A stretch of 64,000 nt of DNA, taken from Octopus vulgaris (taxonomy: Eukaryota). The stretch lies in the NCBI GenBank assembly GCA_951406725.2, contig OX597815.1, positions 148,676,001-148,740,000 of the forward strand. Reading direction: 5' to 3'. A program made the translations under genes and the position numbers. Shown piece by piece: positions 1 to 13,339 of the stretch. Within the stretch, counting starts at the first letter, position 1; every line of letters begins with the position of its first letter. The notes under the pieces were generated by a model. That model saw nothing but the letters and a program-made list of their open reading frames with translations, made no database searches and was not told where the DNA came from.

Positions 1-584
1 TATCAATTCATCGCAAAATTCTATTTACGGCATCAATTTAAAAAGTGATAATCCTTTAATAACTGAATCATATTATTTGACAACTATATTTTATATGTTG
101 CCCACCACCCTTTGGCGAAGTTCTCATCAGATGTGCTGAAGGGAGAAAGGGGCTATTAAATCAAAAGTTGGTCCGAGTTGGCCCAAAAGAATAGACTCCA
201 GTGATAGCAACGTGTTCCAATGTTTTGTATGGATATCGAACGGCTAATTAAAACTTTGCACCAATTTAACATCGCAAGATATGACCTAAGAACGCAGAGA
301 CGAAACAACAGTCAAGAATCATCCGGTTCATTGACAACGGCTTAGTATACGTTTCTCGCCGTAGAGAGGATGCAAAATAAATCGATAGGTGAAAATCTGC
401 AAAGTAGAAACAGTACACTACTGACTATTTAAAAAGTATATTTTTATAATTTGCATGTATTTTATTATAGCAGCAAAGACACCACAGAGCAGACGTCATA
501 AGCTTAAATAACAAACCGAGAAATGTGAACCCCTATATAGTGACGGATTACTGTAGAAAAAAAAAACACGTGACTTTCAAGAAC

Positions 585-941
585 ATACTCTTTACTCTTT
601 TACTTGTTTCAGTCATGTTACTGTGGCCATACTGGAACACCGCATGTCGAGCAAATCGATCCCAGCACTTATTCTTTGTAAGCCTAGTACTTATTATATT
701 GGTCTCTTTTGCCGAATTGCTAAGTTAAGAGGACGTAAACACACCAACATCGGTTGTCCAACATAGACACATAGATATGTACAATGGGATTCTTTCAGTT
801 TCCGTCTACCAAATCCACTCACAAGGCCTCGATCTGCCCGAGGCTGTAGTAGAAGACACTGGCCCAAGGTGCGACGCCGTGGGACTGAACCCGGAACCAT
901 GTGGTTCGTAAGTAAGCTACTTACCATACAGCCACTCCTAC
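585..941 (-). mobile_element. tRNA-derived SINE, family A
   Basis: Reverse complement of the copy at 15549-15945. Its head AGGAGTGGCTGTATGGTAAG...GGTTCCGGGTTCAGTCCC has A/B-box-like motifs, followed by CCTTGGGCCAGTGTC and the shared tail. Confidence 0.85.
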
Positions 942-1404
942 GCTATCACCTCTGATGAAAAAGTATGATTTTTATGCTATATTTTCATAGACTGGTCAGG
1001 TTATTTAATGGAGGTGAAATAAATAAAAAGTGAAAAGTCATACAATTGCACATCCATATTACAGGAGAAAGCATATCAGGGGAAATTTTAAAATTTATAA
1101 AAATGAACACGTACTGAAGAGTTGAATTGACGTTAGAAAAGGGAGACAAAAATTGTTCATGTATTAATTGGCACTTAGCACAGCACAGAAACTGTTATTT
1201 ACAAATTTGAATGATACTGGAATTGAAAGAATCATTATCGACATAGAGAAAAGTGTCATTTGTATTGCACAAGCATCCCAGCACAGACTCTCAACGTTTG
1301 AATGATCAAATGAAATGAGCTTGGGATGACATCATTGCAAAGCGAGTTAGAATCGAATAGCTTCAGCCATATCATATGGTCGATCAAAACGGTGAGAACG
1401 ACGA

Positions 1405-1448
1405 TGATAATAATAAAGGCAAATACAACAGTAATAATAATAATAATG

Positions 1449-1538
<90 letters not shown>
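1405..1538 (+). repeat. (AAT)n microsatellite
   Basis: Directly visible; it accounts for the poly-Ile ORF. Confidence 0.98.
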
Positions 1539-1540
<2 letters not shown>

Positions 1541-2196
1541 TAGGACTACTACATACTGTGAAAGTTATCAGTGATGATATCGAGATGGAGTTTGGTCATG
1601 AAAAGTGTGTCAAAACCACTTTTAAGAAATGGAAATTTGTAAAGTCAAGTTCAATCAAATTAGATGTCGAAACAGTAATAAAGGAACTTGAGTAGAAATA
1701 AACCTATAAATACCTAGGAATAAATGAAGTCTCTGGTATCCAGTATGCAAGCATAAAACAGCAGGTTAGGAAGGAATGTTATAGAAGAGTTCGAGAAGTC
1801 CTGAACTCTGAACTGAATGCATATAATAAGGTGTTAGCCATACATTCATTCGCAGTCCCAGTTCTTTATAGCTGCAATGTGCTTCACTGGAATACCAGTG
1901 AAATAATGCAAATTGACAGAAAAATCCGCCAGCTACTGTCTTGTAATGAGATGCACCATTCAAAGGCAGACGTGGATCGTCTTTACCTTCTCAAAGCTCA
2001 TGGAGGTCGAGGCTTGATCAAGCTTGAACGTACGTACAAAACCACCACAATCGGACTGGCCAAATACCTTGAAGCAACCGACGATTGGATGCTAAAACTT
2101 GTTGAAAAACATGAAAGATCGAAAAAACTTCACTCTATTCTGAAAGAGAGAAAAAAATCCGTTACTAATCTCTTAGATACCTACCAAATTGATCAG
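1541..2196 (+). mobile_element. R4/Dong-like (RLE-type) non-LTR retrotransposon fragment, RT C-terminal/thumb region, decayed
   Basis: Translates to EFGHEKC...TYKYLGI...LNSELNAYNKVLAIHSFAVPV...IDRKIRQLL...HHSKADVDRLYL...GGRGL, with stops and frameshifts. It starts immediately after (AAT)n. Confidence 0.85.
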
Positions 2197-4630
2197 TGTT
2201 GTGTGGAGGCCCTCAGACAATGAAGTAAGCAAGCTCAATACGTAGATATAGAAGGAGAAGTCTAGACGTCAGAGTTATGTAGAGGTCATCCGAACGTGCG
2301 ATATAACAGTGGCGACGAGGATTTCGTAGCTCACAGCCACTGTGTAGAATTATGATATAACAGTGGTCATGAAGTTTCGAATAGTACCGAAATGGAGTTA
2401 CTGAAAGAGTTGTAAAACAACAAGAGCTGCAGCAGCAGCACTAACTACGGTAATTAACAGAATTGTTACTGCAGTCGAGAAATACGATAGAAAAATTTTC
2501 AGCAGATGGTGTTGCAAATTCTATCGAAGAATTTTACGACAATCCGGATGAAGAAACTACCTTTGCTGTATATTACAGACGATACGAAGACATAATCTGA
2601 GAGTAATGCAAGGGGTGGTTAAGTGAAAGGAAGTTAAGTTTCATTTTGCGAAAACTTGCTACTTCGAAACACGAAAGTTTTTGCAACTTTATTTTGCCGA
2701 GAAAGCCCGCGGAATTGTGTTTTTTAAAACGGTAAATATTTTGATTAATATTTTTAGAGAGAAAAGTTCGCAGTTTAATATTCGATGGGAATGTTTAAAT
2801 TTATAGAAAAACGACTCCGATGATTTTGTAACATATGCCGGTATGGTTAATAAGGCTTGCGAAAGGTTTAAGCTGGAAGAATAACGCCAGATATGTTCAA
2901 GTGCCTAATATTCATTAAAGGGCTAGTGGCAACGGATGACGCGGAAATTAGAAAAGGAATATTATCAATGTTGAATCAAGGTGTGAAACTCACTTTGCAG
3001 AAAGTGTCTGAAGAATGCCAAGAGATGATACAAGAAAGATAGAAGACAAGAATAATAATGTGCAAATGTGTAAAGAAAGTACAGAAAGAAGGAAAAATTT
3101 AAATTCAAAACGATGCTATGGTTGCGGAGATCGACATTTGAGGAAAGATTGCCCCTTTACAGATAAAACCTGTTTTTATTTTAGTACAATTGGACATATA
3201 CAGACGAAATGCCGGTCAAAGAAAATGGTAAAGCAGAAAAAAAGTATACTCAACAAAAGTAAATTATACCAGACAAAAACGAAAATTTGTGTTGGTAGAA
3301 ATAAAATGGGTTTGAGACCAAAATGCAATGTAATACCGGTTTAGATGTATTGAAAATAAATACGGTAACATGGAGTAAGATACGCAAGCCGTTGTATAAA
3401 AAAAAAGAAAGAAAAGTACTAGAATAGCCCACGATGTGTCAGGGAAACGTGTTTAATTCTTGGGCGAAATTTCACAAGAAATAAAACTTAAAAACAGGAC
3501 GCGGAAGTGTACACTAATGGTATATAAGAATTCAACGAATGTGTTCGGAACAGATTTACTGGAAGGATTCGACCTGTGGGATAAATCACTGAATACATTA
3601 TGTAACAAGGTGAATGCGTCACAGTCCGTGTCAGAGAAAGCATCGGAATAAAATGAAATTAAAATTGAAAAAGATGTACCCTGATATTTTTTCGAAAGAC
3701 CTCGGTATACGTAAGAAAAATTAAAGTTTGAGTTGAAAGAAAATGCGGTGCCGGTGTTCAAACCGAAAATGAATGTACTTTTTGCGGCGTTAAATCAAGT
3801 AGAGGAGGAATTAAAAAGATTGGAAGACATGGAAGTAATAGAAAAAGTAGACTACTCTGACTACTATATATACTACTATATATACCCCACTCTGAGTGGG
3901 GTATATATAAAAAAGAAGAACAACGAGGTAAGCGTATGTGCGGACTTCTCAACTGGTCTTAATGATTGTTTAAAAAATTACAATTATCCACTTCCAAATT
4001 CAGAAGAAATATTTGCCAAGTGCAATGGTGGGAAAAAATTTTTCCAAGCTGGATTTGTCAAAGGCCTACCTCCAATTACTGGTAGATGAAGAGTGTGCTA
4101 AAGTATTAATAATCGATACTCATAAAGGTCTGTACAGTTTCAAAAGACTGCCATTAGTGGTAAAGGTCGAATCAGCAATATTTCAGAACGTGATGGATAT
4201 TATGATAGCGGATTGTGAGTTCGCGGTCCCATACTTGGATGACATATTGATCAACAGTGAATCAAGGGACCAACATATTGAACATATAGAGGAGGTTTAC
4301 AAACGAATATGTGATTACGGGTTCAATGTAAGGGAGGATAAATGTGAATTTTTTTTAACAAAAATAAAGTACTTAGGAAAGTTGATCGATGAAAACGGAT
4401 GAAAACCGGACCCTTCTCGGATCGACACGGTAAAAAAAGATGCCTTCTCCCACTAACAAAACAACACTACAAGTATTTTTAGGTTTTATAAGTTATTACT
4501 AGTTGTACATACCTAAAATGCATAAGTTAAGAGCTCCGTTGAATAAGTTGCTAAAGAAGGACTCGAAATGGAACTGGACAAACGAATATCAGACATTATT
4601 CGAGAAATTAAAAAAGCGGTTAACATCTTT
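2197..4630 (+). mobile_element. Ty3/Gypsy LTR retrotransposon (Mag-like), 3'-truncated pseudogene: LTR, PBS, gag, protease, RT
   Basis: TG...CA segment at 2197-2308, followed by PBS TGGCGACGAG (2310-2319). Gag knuckles CYGCGDRHLRKDC and a degenerate CFYFSTIGHIQTKC. RT motifs CADFSTGLN, SKLDLSKAYLQ, YLDDILI and KIKYLG. Many stops and frameshifts. Confidence 0.9.
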
Positions 4631-5782
4631 CACACAATATTAATCATACTTCTAATCAGTTAGAAACCATGCACGCCGCTGCCCGGTATTGCATCAGTGT
4701 ATTTATTATTATTAACGGAATTGTTGTTATCATTATTATGGAGAGAGTAGTGGACGCCATCAAAGTTACACCGGGATACAAATATATCACGACCAGTTAA
4801 CCCATCATGACTACCCATCCCATAAGCGTGTACCAGACACAAGTATCTCAGCCATAGGTTACTGCTATGGCGATCTTGTATCAAGACTAAGAGCACATGA
4901 CGTTGCAGGTGGAGACCAGTTAAGATGTTCTTCTGGGCGCGTAGCCCATCCTGCACAAAAGCTCCCAGAATAACCGCTGTTTAAGGATGTTGAACGAAAG
5001 AGCCCTGTTACCAGAGGTGAATAACTCAAACCACAAAGATTTCCTCTAAGAGCATGGCAATTTTTCTCACACACTACTTCTGCTCGTGATTAGAGATGCA
5101 CATATCGTCAGTCACTAAGGGACATGGTCAACTGGTTATGGTCAAACAACTGACAAGCATATCTGTGGAATTGCACAGACTATTTGCTGTAGCCCATATT
5201 TTATTAGTTTTATTATTATTATTATTGAGTGAGAGAGCAGTTCATGCCATCAAAGTGACACTGGGGTAAAATATACGAAGCCCAATATACCCATCATGAC
5301 TACCTGTCTGATAAGGGTACACCAGGCACATTCATCACAACCATATGTCCGCGACATGGTGATCTCATATCAAAATAAACAGCACATGACCTTGCAGGTG
5401 GGGCCCAGTTAGAATTTTCTTCAGGTCGAGTAACCCATCCCACTCGAAAGGTCCCTGAAAAAGGGTTGTTTAAGGATGTTGAATGAAACACCCATGTTTC
5501 CAAAGGTGAATTATTCAAACCCCAAAGAATCCCTCTCAACACATGGCTATGATGCTCCCCCACTACTTCTGCTCGTGATCAGAGATGCACACATCGTCAG
5601 CCACTAAGGGACATGCTCAACTGGTTAAAGTCAAACAACTGACAAGCAAATCTGTGGTATTGAGCAGAATATTTGCTGTAGCCCATCTTTTATACCAAGA
5701 CAAAACAATGTACATGATAACACTTCCAATCAGTTAAGATCAGAAGCCATGAGAGCCACTGCCTGGTACTGCATCAGGGCAC

Positions 5783-5874
<92 letters not shown>

Positions 5875-6428
5875 GAGTGAGAGAGCAGTTCATGCCATCA
5901 AAGTGACACTGGGGTAAAATATACGAAGCCCAATATACCCATCATGACTACCTGTCTGATAAAGGTACACCAGGCAAATGCATCACAACCATATGTCCGC
6001 GATATGGTGATCTCATATCAAGATGAACAGCACATGACCTTGCAGGTGGGGCCCAGTTAGAATTTTCTTCAGGTCGAGTAACCCATCCCGCTCAAAAGGT
6101 CCCTGAATAAGGATTGTTTAAGGATGTTGAACGAAACACCCATGTTTCCAGAGGTGAATTATTCAAACCCCAAAGAATCCCTCTCAACACATGGCTATGA
6201 TGCTCCCCCACTACTTCTGCTCGTGATCAGAGATGCACATATCGTCAGCCACAAAGGGACATGCTCAACTGGTTAAGGTCAAACATCTGACAAGCAAATC
6301 TGTGGTATTGAGCAGAATATTTGCTGTAGCCCATATTTTATACCAAGACAAAACAATGTACATGATAACACTTCCAATCAGTTAAGATCAGAAGCCATGA
6401 GAGCCACTGCCTGGTACTGCATCAGGGC

Positions 6429-6429
<1 letters not shown>
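4630..6429. mobile_element. Tandem array of a ~555-bp non-coding element separated by (ATT)n
   Basis: Copies at 5227-5781 and 5875-6429 are near-identical. There is a diverged copy at ~4738-5203 and a terminal fragment at ~4630-4702. Each is bounded by ATT repeats. Confidence 0.9.
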
Positions 6430-6515
<86 letters not shown>

Positions 6516-6640
6516 CATTATTATTATTATTACTACCATCATCAACATCATTATCATTATAATAATAATAACAATAATAATACTTATTATTATTATTATT
6601 GTTGTTGTTGTTCTTCTTCTTCTTGGTCTTGTTGCGGTTG
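6430..6640 (+). repeat. (ATT)n and derived trinucleotide tract
   Basis: Directly visible. Confidence 0.97.
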
Positions 6641-7222
6641 TTATCGGACTATACATAGTAATATCATTATTAGTATATTTATTAACAATATCAAGTGTAA
6701 TACTTCTTATAATATCAAATATACCATTCCCCGTGTATGCATGTATGTATGTGTGTGTGTCTGTGTCTGTGTGTGTGCGTGCGTGTGTGTCATGACTTTC
6801 TCCTGATTATTTAATACCATATAATGGTATTAAATAAGAAGTCATCCTGACTTTTGATTATCTTACGATACACTGTGAAGCACCAATCGATCATTTTTGA
6901 CAGCATGATAGAAATAATCAAAGTGTTAAATCTGGAGAGCAATTGAAACAGTCTGTTCAGTATGGAATACTAAAATTTTGTGGATTAGAAAATCGTTTAC
7001 ATAAATTATAACGTCATGAATTTCAGAAATGTGTATGATATAACTTACAATCCGCTTAGCACTGCAAACTCCTTTCCAATTTAAATTCAGCAAATTACGC
7101 ATAACTGTGCATGTATATGTATATATGTATCTATGTAGGTGTATGGAGACACACTCACACGCGCGCACACACAAGCGCGCGCGCATATATATATTGAAAG
7201 AACGTAATCTACGAGTTGATAT

Positions 7223-7628
7223 GTATAAGGAGAATAACACAAGGTAGAAAATGCTAAAAAATGTTATCATGAAAAACATTTTAGTACCGGTTTCCATCAC
7301 CGTAGACTTCACCAACTAAGGGAAAAATATGAAAAGCAATTAAATTGGAGAAAAACAATTAAGTCAAATAGTCTTTAGATATGTTTATAGTCATTGATTA
7401 AATAGATATTTCCGTAGTTTTCAGGTAGACTAACGCGTTATTTCTAAATATTTACTAATTCAGAGACTATGATAATAACTACAATAGTTTTATCTTAATT
7501 TCTTTTTCTAATTTAATTGTTTCTCTTATTTTACTCTTAGTTAAAAATGTTTTAAATGACGGAAACTGGTACTAAAATGTACTTCATGATAATAAAATTG
7601 TTTTAGTACGTTCTACATTGTCTTTTTT

Positions 7629-7634
<6 letters not shown>
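7223..7634. mobile_element. Inverted pair of Penelope-like terminal (pLTR) fragments with decayed hammerhead motifs
   Basis: 7223-7300 is an imperfect reverse complement of 7557-7634. The minus strand at 7281-7319 reads TTAG-TTGGTGA-AGTC..GATG-GAAAC-CG-GTA-CTAA. Confidence 0.6.
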
Positions 7635-8240
<606 letters not shown>

Positions 8241-8259
8241 GAAGAGGAAAAGTACTTCC

Positions 8260-9153
<894 letters not shown>

Positions 9154-9169
9154 CACTGACGATGTGAAA

Positions 9170-10128
9170 GTACATTACGCAGGATATATCGTAAGGAATT
9201 GAAAATTATTTATGAATATATCAGTGCCCAGAACATTGTGAATAGATAACAATTATAACGGTGAGGTTTTAAAACACCCTTACATGACAAGAAATAGCAG
9301 TCAAAACCACCCTAAAGCCATTATAAATACTCATATTATATCTCCTGTCGGAAAGTGACTTGACATGAAAATTCAACGTTTAAGAATGGATAAAATATTA
9401 GTCCTCTATTGCAAGTTCGAAATTAGGAAACACAAATCCATTCTTTTCGTCAGAAGAATATTCCTGTACATAGAAATTAAAACAAAAACACACCTTGGGG
9501 CTTAACATGTGTCCAGACCGGCAAGAATAATGTGGTAACATCTATCTACACAAATCAAATTCTGAATTCAGCGTTTATAAGAAGAGACCAGTTAAACGAG
9601 ACGCGGCGAAAATCTGGATATGAGTAAAAAATAAATGATAAAACAAGAATGAATATGAGAAGATATTACGCAGGATATATCGTAAGTAATTAAATATTTA
9701 CGAATATATCAATGTCCAGAACTTGCAATCAGAAAATATGTTTTATAAAGGAAGATTGTATAATTGTGTATAAATGACAATTATAACGGAGAAGCTTATA
9801 ACAGCACTTATATTTCTGGAAACGGCAGTGAAAACGCTATAAATCCATTAAAAACACTCATAGTTTCTCACCTCAACAGTAAAAAGTTGACAGCGAGTGA
9901 CATGTCATAAAAATTCAAAATTTAAATAAAAATTGAAGATTAGTTCTCTATTGCAATTTCGAAGTTAGAAACCAAAACTAAATCTATTCTTCTCGTCAGA
10001 ATTTGTATTGTGTAGATAATCCTTGATATGACAATCTTGCCGGTCGGCAGACACTTTAAACCCCAAGGTATGATTTTTTCTGTTAATTTCTATGTATGAG
10101 AATGTTCTTCTGACGAGAAGAATGAATC
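9170..10128 (-). mobile_element. Tandem ~490-bp repeat plus an inverted partial copy, each with a hammerhead motif (PLE pLTR or retrozyme-like)
   Basis: ATTACGCAGGATATATCGTAAG occurs at ~9174 and ~9665. 10033-10125 is inverted relative to 9438-9528. Hammerhead motifs lie at 9403-9456 and 9945-10002 on the minus strand. Confidence 0.75.
9945..10002 (-). ncRNA. Type I hammerhead ribozyme motif
   Basis: Minus strand: TT-CTGACGA-GAAG...CTTC-GAAA-TTGCAA-TA-GAG. The core is intact, stem II is GAAG/CTTC, stem III is palindromic, and stem I is weak. Confidence 0.7.
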
Positions 10129-13100
10129 TCAGTACATATTGCAATTAATGATTTTATATATATCATGTTTACGTAATGTATAAATCCATGTTAGAAAACA
10201 TTTTCTTTTTAGATTTCACTTGGTTCTGCTAATATAGTTACCTATCTACTTATCTACTTTAGACCATATATAAAATAAACCACCTACACCAACTGATTGT
10301 GAAAATATCAGTGATCAGCATAAAGCAAAATATATGAACAGATATTTTGTAACCAATAGTTTTTCAAATCGTGGTACTACAAACTTCGTTTACTATTTCT
10401 CCTTCTTTCATCCAATATATTTATTATTTGAAACTGGAGTTGAATCACACACGGCTTTCGTTCATCAGTTTTATACTTCAGTTTCGAAATTGTTGACACC
10501 CTCTTCTTGCCTTCCGTTTCACTTCCTCTCTAAAACACGCAATTCCAATTAATCTTTTTTCCTAGTAATACAACAGTAACTCTCTTTGGTACAGTGGAAC
10601 ATTTTGATTTAGCTATGATATCCGTCTACTATTTTCACCTTCTTTCATTCAATGTACATCGTGTTGCGCCATTGTAGTTTATTGATACATCATCCCTCAT
10701 CGCCCACGTCCCATCTTATCTGCATCACTTGGCTTCTCTCCTTTCATTACTTCCCATCTTAGAATAAACTTAAAACAACTTCTTTGTCTTCTTTCTCATT
10801 CTGACGGTAATTGCACTAGATGCTAGATTCTGCATATAACACTGCAGACCTACTCGTGTACTGCTTCTTTGAACTGACATTATCATAAGTCTATCACCAT
10901 TCGTATATTACATTATTGCCGACATCTACGATTGTACATATTAAATTACTGTTCCGACCACTTTAATTAGATTCAACCTATGCAGGTAATTTATTGCTTT
11001 GAAATATATAGATATAGCGTTCTGCATACTTTTCACAATTAATTCACAAATATTATTATATTCAAGTCTTTAATAAATGCTTCTTTCAAATATTGGAACA
11101 AGGACAACAATATTAAAGGAAGGAAAATGTGGATTATATAGATCTCATTTTACTAGTTCATTATATTATCGCCCCCCAAATTGCGAATAGTTAACTTGAA
11201 CTGAAAATGCAAACCCTGAAGAAATGCTACAAATCATGTTGACGGTGTGCTAAGGAACCAGCCAATAACTTTTTTGTGTTTAATATATTATGCAACTAGA
11301 AATGATTTCAAGGTAACTAACTACTTATGAACGAAACTAAATGTTGATCCTCAATCCAATCATAGTAAAATATAAATACGACGTTTGCCTTCTGTAATCC
11401 CATTTTATTAGCTTTAGAATACATATTCATTGAACGCGACCGTTTCAATACAATTTTGATGAATTTCATAAAGATATTATCATTTTTTGTCTACGATATT
11501 GATGGCGAGATGGCGTATAGTTTCTGTAAAGCACAGGCCAGTAGTGATTAAGTGCAAAAAAGTGTTACATCTGTAAAACCAAAGCCCACTCAGATATATT
11601 GTTTTATGTCGTTCAAGTAAATAAATATCTATTACGGGTAGGAAGTTTTAAAGAAAAAATAATTAAATGCAGTTCACATACAAATATGAAGTGAAGATCG
11701 TGACGTTCTTAAACACGCGCAGAAGGATCTGTCGCTAAGAATATTAATTTGTAACGACGCAATTTCAGGTTCCCTCCGTGTGCCCGGTTCTTTGGGCGAA
11801 TATAATCTCCTCTAGCCCCAGACCAACAAATGCCTTCTGAGTGATTGGCAGTGACAGCTGATGGTGTATCTAATTATTAGATAGATTCATTTTCTACAAA
11901 TTCTAAAAAATAATGTGTAATGTAATCATCATTCTTTTTCCCAAAATACAAAACATGAAGTACTCAATTTTGAGTTGGTCTGTTTGAACTTTAAGTGATA
12001 CGACAACAAACATGATATTAAAAGCAAAATTGTTGATAGTACTGCATCATACACAAATGGCAATCGGAAATGTGTTCTCTGCTCAAAAATAATATTCCTT
12101 ATCCATACATTTATTTATATGGTAATGTGTACGTATTCATTTATTTTAACATATTGCATTTTTCTATTCATCTTATATTAACCTTAGTATCAGTGGTTAG
12201 TGGCGCCAATGCATCCTGACCCACTTAAGGCTTTTTCTACTGCAAAATGTAATAAAGTAATCTATTCCCTTAATATCTGAAATGATCGTTCCAAGTTTAA
12301 GTGCTTTTACCATGAATACAAGACATAGCAAAAATATACACCAACATACCCACATCTAGCACCTGAATCATTAATTTTCTTCAAACACCTGTATGGAAAA
12401 CACGTTGGTCAACCAGTAGATGAATGTGTTCGTGACTGATTTAACGTAAGTTATCTAAATACACACAGGTGCCATATCAAGCGATACTAGGGTAAAACGC
12501 TTTACGAAATGGAACATGAAGAGAATGCTTTAATAAATGAATTTTGAAGAGGTATAATTCTTCATTTATCATTAACAGGACTTCCTCATGTACATACGTG
12601 TGTGTGTGCGTATGTGTGTGTGTGTTTGTGTGTGTGTCTGAAGTCACGTGACTTAGTGATTAGGATATTCACCCCCCGATGGTAAGCTACGATAACTTCC
12701 GCTTATGTTGTTCTATTTTCACTTTGTAGAATACATTTAGAATAACGTACGGAAAGTATATAAAGAGTGGTAGCAAATATTTTGAATGTGTAACATCAGA
12801 TTATATACTAAGGAAGGCAACGTATTCAACACTCTCCGATATTTTGGAAGTCCTAGCATATACATCCATAAATAGATGAAAGCGACAGTATATAACAACT
12901 GTTTATTTTAGCACAGAGCCCTGAGATATTTTATCACCTCCGACAAAATAATCAATCTAATTCAGTCCATTTTGTAATACAAAATATAAAAGGTTAATTT
13001 CAAACAGTTTTATATGATGCGTAGTTTGATGTAAGTGTGGTTAACTTATTAATCTTTCGTTTGAATGCTTGCTTGTTATTTATTAAGAGGCTAAGTCCAT

Positions 13101-13300
13101 CCCAAATACATCATATTCGTTACAAGCGCAGCGGCAGATAATACTCTATTGTTCTAACAAATGAATCAATAATATGATTGTACAAAATATATATCAAACG
13201 AAAAAACTTCCCTGTTTAACTTGCTTTAGTGTATAGAGATTTAGATTAGAAATAAAGTGGTTAATGTCCATTTTTAAATATCACTATTATAATAGATATA

Positions 13301-13338
<38 letters not shown>

Positions 13339-13339
13339 T

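Noticed and set aside
5227-5781. Hammerhead within the 555-bp element (CTGATAAG on +; CCCTGATGC on -)
   Set aside because: Neither matches CUGANGA, and no correctly placed GAAA or stems were found.
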